From the NCBI GenBank assembly GCA_002104905.1, contig MCFE01000699.1:1-44107 (forward strand): a stretch of DNA of 44,107 bases. The letters run 5' to 3'. The DNA is from Basidiobolus meristosporus CBS 931.73 (taxonomy: Eukaryota > Fungi > Basidiobolomycota). The notes below the pieces were generated by a model. The model was not told the DNA's origin, did not search any database, and worked only from the letters and a program-made list of their open reading frames with translations. This document shows positions 33,750 to 44,107 of the stretch, piece by piece (positions within the stretch are counted from its first letter, which is position 1; the number at the start of each line of letters is the position of its first letter). The translations under genes were made by a program, and so were the position numbers.

Positions 33750-34211
33750 ATGGAAAATTCAACAATCACATTAGTTTTCATATATAATTCATATAAGACC
33801 AGGTTGATGCCAATATACTGCTGTATAAGTATCCAAATCCATTGCTATGGTCCCCATACCAAGCCTCAACTCCTCTTTAGTAAACCCAGACAAAACCCAT
33901 CCCCCAGCTCACAAGCACGGTCCGGACCAGAAAAGTTGATGTCAGATCCGTTTGAGTTCTTGCCAAATGATTTTAGTATGGCCCAAGTGTCTATGATGAG
34001 CCTTCATACAGATATTTGGGCACTACTGATTAATCTAGCAGAACTAGATACCTCAGAGAGTCAACAAAGATGGAAGAATTTGAGTAGAAAGCTGTGGCAT
34101 GAGTTCTACATCAAGATGCCAGCCAAAGTATGTAAAAAGATACATAACAAGACAAGTATTGAAATCAAGAATGAGCTGAGAGTGAGGGGATTTGACAAAG
34201 AAGCCGCGCGG
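33750..34211 (+). pseudogene. Harbinger partner ORF (Myb/SANT-like), truncated by the gypsy LTR
   Basis: Contains W-x16-RWKNL. Similarity to 11584-11913 stops at EAAR, exactly where TGTAGTGGGG begins. The likely start is MSDPFEFL (about 33939). Confidence 0.7.
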
Positions 34212-35282
34212 TGTAGTGGGGTGACAGTGACACCCACTGACAGATGTGCTCATTCCCTTATTTTCTACTTCCCTATATCTCTACTACACTTATTTTAGTT
34301 TTATCCCATTTGTCTTACCCAATCAGTACTATCCCATAAGCCGATTGACTATCACACCTGCTTACCTTATTGCATAAGTTACCCCTCACTTTATGTAAGA
34401 TTGCTAGCTATAAGTACTTCTATATTAGGCAAGTACCCGCGCCAGTACCCGTGACACATGATCAGCCCGTGTCACCATCCCTACCATTTCCATACCATAT
34501 ATGGTATCCCCATGTTACACAGGTTTCAGAATACTGATTCCTGATTGGTTGGATGTGCTGTGCCTCTTAGAACCTTCCGGCACCTACTTAGAACATTCTT
34601 AGGTCATTCTGATGTCATTAAGATTTCTATTGATCTCCGGAACCTTCTGGAACACCTTGATTAGTAATCACTTAGCCAGTGAGAAAAGTATATAAGGGAG
34701 GCTATCCCTCAACAATAAATCATCATCCCTTTTATCAATATACCGACTTGTTGATTAGTGTGATCACTGCTACCTGCTGCTAACTGAACTTCCAACCCTA
34801 GACCACAGGACACTCCCAGGAAACCGCGCTCACAGCCAACTGACCTTGGAGGCACTACTTGTGAGGAATACTCAGAGTAGGTATCTTTTATTATATTTGA
34901 TTCTTTCCCAAGTTTGTTCTTGTACAGGCAAAGATACTTTTCTGTCTTTGTAACTATTGACCACAGCTGCATTCTTATCAAGTCCCTGCTGGTGGAGTTT
35001 ACAGTTGTTTTGACTTTGGAAGCTTTAGTACATTGTCATCTCAAAGGACGCTGAACCCAGCACATACTTTTGTTAAGACGCCAACTAAGTTGGGGATTGT
35101 AGCTCAATAGTTTTCCCTTGACAAGCTTGTGGCTTTATTCCCCTTCACATTAGATTAGAGACAGAACCCAAGTATTCCTAGCAAGCTTTTGCCAGAGGTT
35201 ATCGCACCCAGTGAACACCCCACACACAAAACACTTGAGAAGTGTTGGACGTATCTCTCCCTTGGACCTATACACCACCACA
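34212..35282 (+). repeat. Gypsy LTR 1 (1071 bp)
   Basis: TG...CA termini with TATATAA at 34689-34695 and AATAAA at 34714-34719. Confidence 0.95.
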
Positions 35283-35286
35283 TAAT

Positions 35287-35304
35287 TGGCACCCAACGTG
35301 GGGG
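35287..35304 (+). other. PBS, tRNA-Lys(CUU)-like
   Basis: TGGCACCCAACGTGGGGG matches the Lys1,2-type PBS TGGCGCCCAACGTGGGGC at 16 of 18 positions. It is repeated at 41392-41409. Confidence 0.75.
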
Positions 35305-35423
35305 GTTCATACAAGCTCCCTAGGACCCAACAAGATTTACCAGAAGATTTGAGCTGTTATCCACCTATTGAAAAGAGACTACTGATATTACCAAGATTAC
35401 AACACCAACATACCTGCCCAAAA

Positions 35424-38400
35424 ATGAACTCTATGCCATTACCACTCTCACATGGAGCCCCACAGTTTGATGGAAAGAATGTGGAGAGCTTCATATTCAA
35501 ATGGGAGAAGCTCTGCAAGATGTGCAGCCTATCTGAACAAGAAATGGCTGAAGACTTCCCCTACTACTGCACCGATGATATTACCACTAAGCTTCTCAGA
35601 CAAGGAGACATTCTCACTGACTGGGCCTTAATGAAGACCTACCTACAGACCGAGTATGGTAGACCCCAGATATACTATGGAATTGAAGACCTCAGGCACT
35701 TTGGAAGAACTGGACTTTCCAAGCTACCACTTGAAGAGTTCATTCAACAGTATGAAGATATGGCCAAGCCACTCCTAGAGTCCCAGGCTATAACTGAGTT
35801 TACCATGACACTTTACCTTGCACAAGGGCTTCCCCAGGACTTGGCAAGGAAAGTTGACTTACATGCAGCCAAGGATGACAAGTCTGGCATTCCTTGCTTT
35901 GCAGAAATGAAACGTGTTCTCCTAGAGGCAAAGCAAACTTCTACCTTTATGAGACTCCTGACATCTAATCTGCCAGACCAGTCAACCAAGGAGCCAAGGA
36001 GTGCTGCTGCTGACAATCAGACCTACACTACCGACAGAATTGACCAACTTGCTGAACAGCTACAGAAGCTAGCCCTCAAGATTAATGGCTCAGCTGAGGT
36101 TGCTACTGAGGGACAAAGACCTTTGCCAAGGCACTGCATCTGGTGTGACTCTACTCAGCATGCCAGACGAGAATGATCAGAGCTTAGTCAGCTACTCAGA
36201 GAAGGAGCAGTACAGTTTGATGCAGATGGAATGCTTGCTGACAAGGAAGGAAGAAGGATTCCCACTAATTTCCGAAGAGGAGGGATGAGAGCCCTTTTCC
36301 AGAAATCTGACTCAGCAACCAGAAAGATTACTGTTGATGCCCCTATTGGGACTCATAAAGTGAATCCAAGCAGCCCTGACAACAGACAATATGAAGTTGA
36401 TGCCTTTGCTACCAAAAGACACCTCCCTGAAGAACCTGCCAAACCCATCCTTAGAAGACCACGATTTGAAGAACCTGAAGTTGTTATTGACAAGAGGCCT
36501 AGTATGCTGCCCACCCAAGATCCATTGCCTCACTTTCAGATGACCTCAAAGATAGCAAGCTACTCAAGCCCTCAACTGATTACTGAGAAGCTGCTGAAGC
36601 AGAACCTCACTTTGTCGGTTGGAGAAATCATGAGTGTATCCCCATCTGTTAGGAAGACCTTTGATGAGCAGCTTAGGACAAGACAACAAGCTGTTGAACA
36701 TATGGACACCCATATAATTCAGACAAACCATGAAGACCACCAAAAAGACGACAACACTACAGAATATAAGACCTTTTACTCAGTTGCAACTGCTGTGGTG
36801 AAAGGATATATATATGATGACCCTGTTGACTGCCATATTGACAGTGGCTCAGAGATTTGTGTTATGCCGCTAGACTTCTGGAAGACACTTAGAAGCAAGG
36901 AGCTACTGCCTGTTGATAGAGATATTGGATGGAACATGACTGATGCAAACTCAGGATCTAGTCCACTCTACGGTGTAGTGCACAAGTTCCCTATTGAGGT
37001 ACAAGGAATCAAGGTCTGGCTTCCCCTCTTCATCTGCCAGAAGGCAAACTTTGACCTTCTGCTAGGTAGACCATGGGAAACCAGTACTAAGTCTACAACT
37101 ACCAACTATTCCAATGGGTCAGTTTGGTACACCATACAAGGATCCAATCCAGGACTACAGTCAACCTTCTGTGGTGTAACACCCAACAATAAGAGGACAC
37201 ATACTGCTTGCCAGAAGGCACATCTTGTTATGGAAGAAGATGAAGAGCCTGACAATATACACCGCAACATTTGGAGCTGCTCATTAGGTATACAGGAGCA
37301 AACAGCTATGGTTCGAACAAAATACAAGACAGTAGAACAGAAGATTAGACCATCACTTACCCCACTGACTGATGGATCTCGACCTGCTGATTACATTAGA
37401 CCACCAGAAAAAACACCAGATGATATATGACTTACACCTGAGAGACTTAAGCAACTTATCATTGGTGATGGAAACCTAACACCAGAGGAGATACTATTAT
37501 TCAAGGAGACCTTGAAAAGGCATGATAAGGTCTTCTCATATAATGACAAGGAGATGGGACTCTTAAAGACATCGGTTGAAAAACCCATCAAGATTCATAC
37601 AGTGCCCCACACACCCTGGTCATTTAAGCCTTACCCACTGCCCAGAGGACTCCAAGCTGATGTGCATGACCTACTTAAGAAGAAGATAGAAGCTGGTATC
37701 CTAGAACCTTGCCATGGACCCTATGCTAACAGATGGTTTGTGACCAAAAAGAAGAATGGAAAGCTTCGATTCATTCAAGACATGCAACCTGCAAATGCTG
37801 TCACTATCAGAGATGCTGCTATACCTCCATCTATTGATGACTTTGCAGAAAGCTTTAGTGGCCACTCCATCTACTCAACATATGATCTCTACTCAGGCTA
37901 TGACCAGATCCCCCTTGATGAGACATCAAGAGATATGTTTGCACTACAGACACCATTTGGACTGCTAAGGATGACAAGACTCAGTCAAGGGGCTACAAAC
38001 TCCGTGGCTCAGTTCCAGAGATGCATGGTGAATGTGCTATACCAGTTTATACCTGAGAAACTTGCTGTCTTAGTGGATGACATAGGCATCAAAGGATCAA
38101 AATTCCAGGACACCACTGAAGTTATGCCTGGAGTAAGAAAGTTTGTCTATGACCATATTGCAGACAATGATGCCATATTAGGAGCCATTGAAGAAGCTGG
38201 ACTCACCATCAGTGGTGAGAAAAGCAGCTTTGGTGTATCAGAGATATCCATTGTTGGACAAAAATGCAACACCTTTGGTCGCTCACCTGGAGACTCCAAG
38301 ACACAAAAGATATGCAACTGGCCTACCCCCACAAATCTAACACAAGCTCGTGGCTTTGTGGCAGCTTGTGGGTTCTTTAGGATCTGGATCCCAAGATTTT

Positions 38401-40276
38401 CTGAGATAGCAGAACCAATTTACCGACTACAGAGAAAGAACACCCCATTTATCTGGGGAGAAGAGCAAGAAGAAGCCATGCAATTACTGAAAGAGGCCTT
38501 AGTATCTCCACCAGTTCTGAGACCTCTTGACTATCAAAACACTGAATGCCCACCTATTTTGACAGTGGATGCAAGCCCCATAGGAGCTGGAGCACTACTT
38601 GGACAAGATGATGAAGATGGCAACCGCTATGCCTGCAGATATGAGAGCTGCCTATTCTCTCCTAGAGAACAAAGATACTCACAGATTAAGAGAGAACTAC
38701 TAGGAGTTGTGAAGATGCTGAGGAAACTGAAGTCACAACTCTACATGACACATTTTATCCTGGAGACAGATGCCAAGCCACTGATAGGAATGATCAACAA
38801 GCCTGACCTACCTGATGATGCCACAAACCGATGGATGGCATGGCTGAAAATGTTTGACTTTGAGGTCAAACATATCCCTGGCAAGACAAATGTTGTGGCT
38901 GATGGACTCTCCAGGAAGGGACCACAATTATTTGAAGACTTGGACCCTCACTTTGATGATATTATTGATGCAGAGATCCGACAGATTGCCATCAAAGACC
39001 AAGAGAGAACTACCTGGAGTCTGATCAAGGAATATCTAAGGACACTTAAGAAACCTAGTTGGATGGATATTCAGGAGTTTAGAAAACTCAGGAAGAAGGC
39101 ACACAACTACTATCTTAAAGATGATCTTCTCTTTAAGCGAGTGAAACCTGGACTTATGCCAAGAAGAGTAGTCACTACCCCTCAAGAGCAACTGAACATC
39201 ATGACAAGTATCCACCAAGGAGAACCAGGAGGGCATAGAGGACAAGAAGCCACATACAATACTACAGCTCAGAGGTACTACTGGGAAAACATGTACTATG
39301 ATATCCAACACTTTGTTGAGTCATGTGTAGCCTGCCAGAAGAGATCTCCACGCGTTATGAAGAACCACTGCGTCCTACTTACACAATCTGTCTATGGCAA
39401 AAGGTTGGTATTGACCTTGTCCACATGCCAACAGCTGGATCAAAAAAGTATCTGATTGTTGCTAGAGATGACCTTAGTGGATGGGCAGAGGCTCGAGCCT
39501 TGCCCAACAACAAGAGCCATACCATATGGAGATTTATACTCGAAGACATCATCTGCAGATTTGGCTGCATCCAACAGTTTGTTGCTGACAGAGGAGAGAT
39601 GACATCCCAAATGATCCAGGAGTTGTGCTCAAAGTACAAGATACACATTGCTTTTACAACCGCCTACCACCCTCAAGCCAATGGAATGATAGAGAGAGGA
39701 CATGGACCATTGGTGAACTCTCTTGTTAAGACTTGTGAGAATAACACAACACTGTGGCCACAGCAATTACATCTAGCACTCTGGGCAGATAGAATTACTA
39801 CCAAGAGAACAACTGGATTATCGCCATTCAAGCTACTCTATGGACATGACTGCATACTACCAGTTGAGTTAAACACAGTAACTTGGAACTCATTGAATTG
39901 GAGATCCAATATGCAGACTGAAGACCTCCTTGCAACTCGCATACAGCAACTTGATCACCATGACTTGAATATTAGCAGAGCTGCTGAACAACTTAAGGAT
40001 ACACGACTGAAGAACAAGGTGCCCTTTGACAAATCACACCCAACAAGACCAAAACCACTATCACTAGGAGACCCAGTATTACTCTATGATTCTACCTTGG
40101 ACAAGCAATGGAGTCGGAAGTTTGACAACAAATGGACTGGCCCCTACCTCATTTCCAAAGTGATTGGAAATGGAAGTTATTACATATCTGAGCTTGACAA
40201 CACCCAGTTGAGAGCACCAGTTGCTGGAAATCGACTTAAGTTATTCAAGCATAGGAATTTTGCACATCAAGATTAG
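35424..40276 (+). pseudogene. Gypsy gag-pol, copy 1 (two nonsense codons and one frameshift)
   Basis: APQFDGKNV gag, CIWCDSTQHARRE(C) knuckle, IDSGSE protease, RT LVDD, RNase H VDAS/ETD, integrase HHCC plus core, and a GPY motif. Stops at 36174 and 37428, frameshift near 39350. Confidence 0.95.
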
Positions 40277-40315
40277 TTTGCTTTGACCCAAGTTCAAAGC
40301 TGAGAGGGGGGTGGA

Positions 40316-41387
40316 TGTAGTGGGGTGACAGTGACACCCACTGACAGATGTGCTCATTCCCTTATTTTCTACTTCCCTATATCTCTACTACACTTATTTT
40401 AGTTTTATCCCATTTGTCTTACCCAATCAGTATTATCCCATAAGCCGGTTGACTATCACACCTGCTTACCTTATTGCATAAGTTACCCCTCACTTTATGT
40501 AAGATTGCTAGCTATAAGTACTTCTATATTAGGCAAGTACCCGCGCCAGTACCCGTGACACATGATCAGCCCGTGTCACCATCCCTACCATTTCCATACC
40601 ATATATGGTATCCCCATGTTACACAGGTTTCAGAATACTGATTCCTGATTGGTTGGATGTGCTGTGCCTCTTAGAACCTTCCGGCACCTACTTAGAACAT
40701 TCTTAGGTCATTCTGATGTCATTAAGATTTCTATTGAACTCCGGAACCTTCTGGAACACCATGATTAGTAATCACTTAGCCAGTGAAGAAAAGTATATAA
40801 GGGAGGCTATCCCTCAACAATAAATCATCATCCCTTTTATCAATATACCGACTTGTTGATTAGTGTGATCACTGCTACCTGCTGCTACCTGAACTTCCAA
40901 CCCTAGACCACAGGACACTCCCAGGAAACCGCGCTGACAGCCAACTGACCTTGGAGGCACTACTTGTGAGGAATACTCAGAGTAGGTATCTTTTATTATA
41001 TTTGATTCTTTCCCAAGTTTGTTCTTGTACAGGCAAAGATACTTTTCTGTCTTTGTAACTATTGACCAAAGCTGCATTCTTATCAAGTCCCTGCTGGTGG
41101 AGTTTACAGTTGTTTTGACTTTGGAAGCTTTAGTACATTGTCATCTCAAAGGACGCTGAACCCAGCACATACTTTTGTTAAGACGCCAACTAAGTTGGGG
41201 ATTGTAGCTCAATAGTTTTCCCTTGACAAGCTTGTGGCTTTATTCCCCTTCACATTAGATTAGAGACAGAACCCAAGTATTCCTAGCAAGCTTTTGCCAG
41301 AGGTTATCGCACCCAGTGAACACCCCACACACAAAACACTTGAGAAGTGTTGGACGTATCTCTCCCTTGGACTTATACACCACCACA
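40316..41387 (+). repeat. Gypsy LTR 2 (1072 bp), shared by both tandem copies
   Basis: Preceded by a PPT and followed by a PBS and a second gag. Confidence 0.97.
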
Positions 41388-41528
41388 TATTTGGCACCCA
41401 ACGTGGGGGGTTCATACAAGCTCCCTAGGACCCAACAAGATTTACCTGAAGATTTGAGCTGTTATCCACCTATTGAAAAGAGACTACCGATATTACCAAG
41501 ATTACAACACCAACATACCTGCCCAAAA

Positions 41529-44107
41529 ATGAACTCTATGCCATTACCACTCTCACATGGAGCCCCACAGTTTGATGGAAAGAATGTGGAGAGCTTCATA
41601 TTCAAATGGGAGAAGCTCTGCATGATGTGCAGCCTGTCTGAACAAGAAATGGCTGAAGACTTCCCCTACTACTGCACCGATGATATTACCACTAAGCTTC
41701 TCAGACAAGGAGACATTCTCACTGACTGGGCCTTAATGAAGACCTACCTACAGACCGAGTATGGTAGACCCCAGATATACTATGGAATTGAAGATCTCAG
41801 GCACTTTGGAAGAACTGGACTTTCCAAGCTACCACTTGAAGAGTTCATTCAACAGTATGAAGATATGGCCAAGCCACTCCTAGAGTCCCAGGCTATAACT
41901 GAGTTTACCATGACACTTTACCTTGCACAAGGGCTTCCCCAGGACTTGGCAAGGAAAGTTGACTTACATGCTGCCAAGGATGACAAGTCTGGCATTCCTT
42001 GCTTTGCAGAAATGAAACGTGTTCTCCTAGAGGCAAAGCAAACTTCTACCTTTATGAGACTCCTGACATCTAATCTGCCAGATCAGTCAACCAAGGAGCC
42101 AAGGAGTGCTGCTGCTGACAATCAGACCTACACTACCGACAGAATTGACCAACTTGCTGAACAGTTACAAAAGCTAGCCCTCAAGATTAATGGCTCAGCT
42201 GAGGTTCCTACTGAGGGACAAAGACCTTTGCCCAGGCACTGCATCTGGTGTGACTCTACTCAGCATGCCAGACGAGAATGCTCAGAGCTTAGTCAGCTAC
42301 TCAGAGAAGGAGCAGTACAGTTTGATGCTGATGGAATGCTTGCTGACAAGGAAGGAAGGAGGATTCCCACTAATTTCCAAAGAGGAGGGATGAGAGCCCT
42401 TTTCCAGAAATCTGACTCAGCAACCAGAAAGATTACTGTTGATGCCCCTATTGGGACCCATAAAGTGAGTCCAAGCAGCTCTGACAACAGACAATATGAA
42501 GTTGATGCCTTTGCTACCAAAAGACACCTCCCTGAAGAACCTGCCAAACCCATCCTTTGAAGACCACGATTTGAAGAACCTGAAGTTGTTATTGACAAGA
42601 GGCCTAGTATGCTGCCCACCCAAGATCCATTGCCTCACTTTCAGATGACCTCAAAGATAACAAGCTACTCAAGCCCTCAACTGATTACTGAGAAGCTGCT
42701 GAAGCAGAACCTCACTTTGTCGGTTGGAGAAATCATGAGTGTATCCCCATCTGTTAGGAAGACCTTTGATGAGCAGCTTAGAACAAGACGACAAGCTGTT
42801 GAACATATGGACACCCATATTATTCACACAAACCATGAAGACCACCAAAAAGATGACAACACTACTGAGTATAAGACCTTTTACTCAGTTGCAACTGCTG
42901 TGGTGAAAGGATATATATATGATGACCCTGTTGACTGCCATATTGACAGTGGCTCAGAGATTTGTGTTATGCCGCTAGACTTCTGGAAGACACTTAGAAG
43001 CAAGGAGCTACTGCCTGTTGATAGAGATATTGGATGGAACATGACTGATGCAAACTCAGGATCTAGTCCACTCTACGGTGTAGTGCACAAGTTCCCTATT
43101 GAGGTACAAGGAATCAAGGTCTGGCTTCCCCTCTTCATCTGCCAGAAGGCAAACTTTGACCTTCTGCTAGGTAGACCATGGGAAACCAGTACTAAGGCTA
43201 CAACTACCAACCATTCCGATGGGTCAGTATGGTACACCATACAAGGATCCAATCCAGGACTACAGTCAACCTTCTGTGGTGTAACACCCAACAATAAGAG
43301 GACACATACTGCTTGCCAGAAGACACATCTTGTTATGGAAGAAGATGAAGAGCCTGACAATATACACCCCAACATTTGGAGCTGCTCATTAGGTATACAG
43401 GAGCAAACAGCTATGGTTCGAACAAAATACAAGACAGTAGAACAGAAGATTAGACCATCACTTACACCTTTGACTGATGGATCCCGACCTGCTGATTACA
43501 TTAGACCACCAGAAGAAACACCAGATGATACACGACTTACACCTGAGAGACTTAAGCAACTTATCATTGGTGATGGAAACCTTACACCAGAGGAGATACT
43601 ATTATTTAAGGAGACCTTGAAAAGGCATGATAAGGTCTTCTCATATAATGACAAGGAGATGGGACTCTTAAAGACATCCGTTGAAAAACCCATCAAGATT
43701 CATACAGTGCCCCACACACCCTGGTCATTTAAGCCTTACCCACTGCCCAGAGGACTCCAAGCTGATGTGCATGACCTACTTAAGAAGAAGATAGAAGCTG
43801 GTATCCTAGAACCTTGCCATGGGCCCTATGCTAACAGATGGTTTGTAACCAAAAAGAAGAATGGAAAGCTCCGATTCATTCAAGACATGCAACCTGCAAA
43901 TGCTGTCACTATCAGAGATGCTGCTATACCTCCATCTATTGATGACTTTGCAGAAAGCTTTAGTGGCCACTCCATCTACTCAACATACGATCTCTACTCA
44001 GGATATGACCAGATTCCCCTTGATGAGACATCAAGAGATATGTTTGCACTACAGACACCATTTGGACTATTAAGGATGACAAGACTCAGCCAAGGGGCTA
44101 CAAACTC
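41529..44107 (+). pseudogene. Gypsy gag-pol, tandem copy 2 (one visible stop at 42558); runs off the right edge
   Basis: Near-identical to 35424-38000, with AGA changed to TGA at 42558-42560. The frame looks otherwise open to the window end. Confidence 0.93.

Larger units (their letters stand above)
32420..34211. mobile_element. PIF/Harbinger-superfamily (Pangu-like) element copy 2, cut by the gypsy insertion; its other end is not in the window
   Basis: TIR AGACTTGTTCCATTGGATAGTGCC follows ACT (32417-32419). The transposase and partner ORF are divergent. Confidence 0.9.
34212..41387 (+). mobile_element. Ty3/gypsy retrotransposon (non-chromoviral, single gag-pol ORF) tandem copy 1, LTR to LTR
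   Basis: LTRs 34212-35282 and 40316-41387 (TGTAGTGG...CCACCACA, about 10 differences by eye). PBS 35287-35304 and PPT 40302-40315. Domain order is Gag-PR-RT-RH-IN. Confidence 0.97.

Noticed and set aside
34709-34981. 90-aa antisense ORF repeated at 40814-41086
   Set aside because: It repeats only because the LTRs are about 99% identical. It has no recognisable domain and no evidence of coding constraint.
42545-42565. TGA at 42558 as a programmed gag/pol readthrough, or CTTAGA as a Ty1-like +1 site
   Set aside because: Copy 1 has AGA and reads through in frame, so this is a point mutation in a single-ORF element.

Overview
This is eukaryotic, most likely fungal, repeat-saturated DNA made almost entirely of nested transposable elements. 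I found no host gene, rRNA, tRNA gene, CRISPR array or prokaryotic feature. The fungal call is inferred from a copia primer-binding site matching the yeast-type initiator tRNA-Met, a chromodomain Ty3/gypsy element, fungal-type CACTA/Tnp2 transposase remnants and strong CpG depletion. Contents: (i) five copies or remnants of one Ty1/copia family with 332-350 bp LTRs, two of them near full length with 5-bp target-site duplications (TSDs); (ii) a young Ty3/gypsy family as a head-to-tail pair sharing a central 1.07-kb LTR, plus an older split solo LTR; (iii) an internally deleted chromovirus (gag, protease and chromodomain, no RT/RNase H/integrase); (iv) two copies of a PIF/Harbinger-superfamily element with ANT targets and AG termini (Pangu-like), one with an open 294-aa transposase, plus a 733-bp foldback derivative; (v) three degenerate CACTA-like transposase remnants, two of them next to an orphan ORF; (vi) two non-coding TG...CA elements with 4-bp TSDs, one of which (element X, about 1.2 kb) has hairpins at both ends and a variable G-rich array. 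TSDs and empty-site comparisons allow reconstruction of a four-layer nest and reveal two short near-identical tracts that look like ectopic gene conversion. I see no clear evidence of a wholly new biological system; the best leads are element X, the mini-chromovirus, the Pangu-like family and the orphan ORF. Percent identities are estimates by eye.
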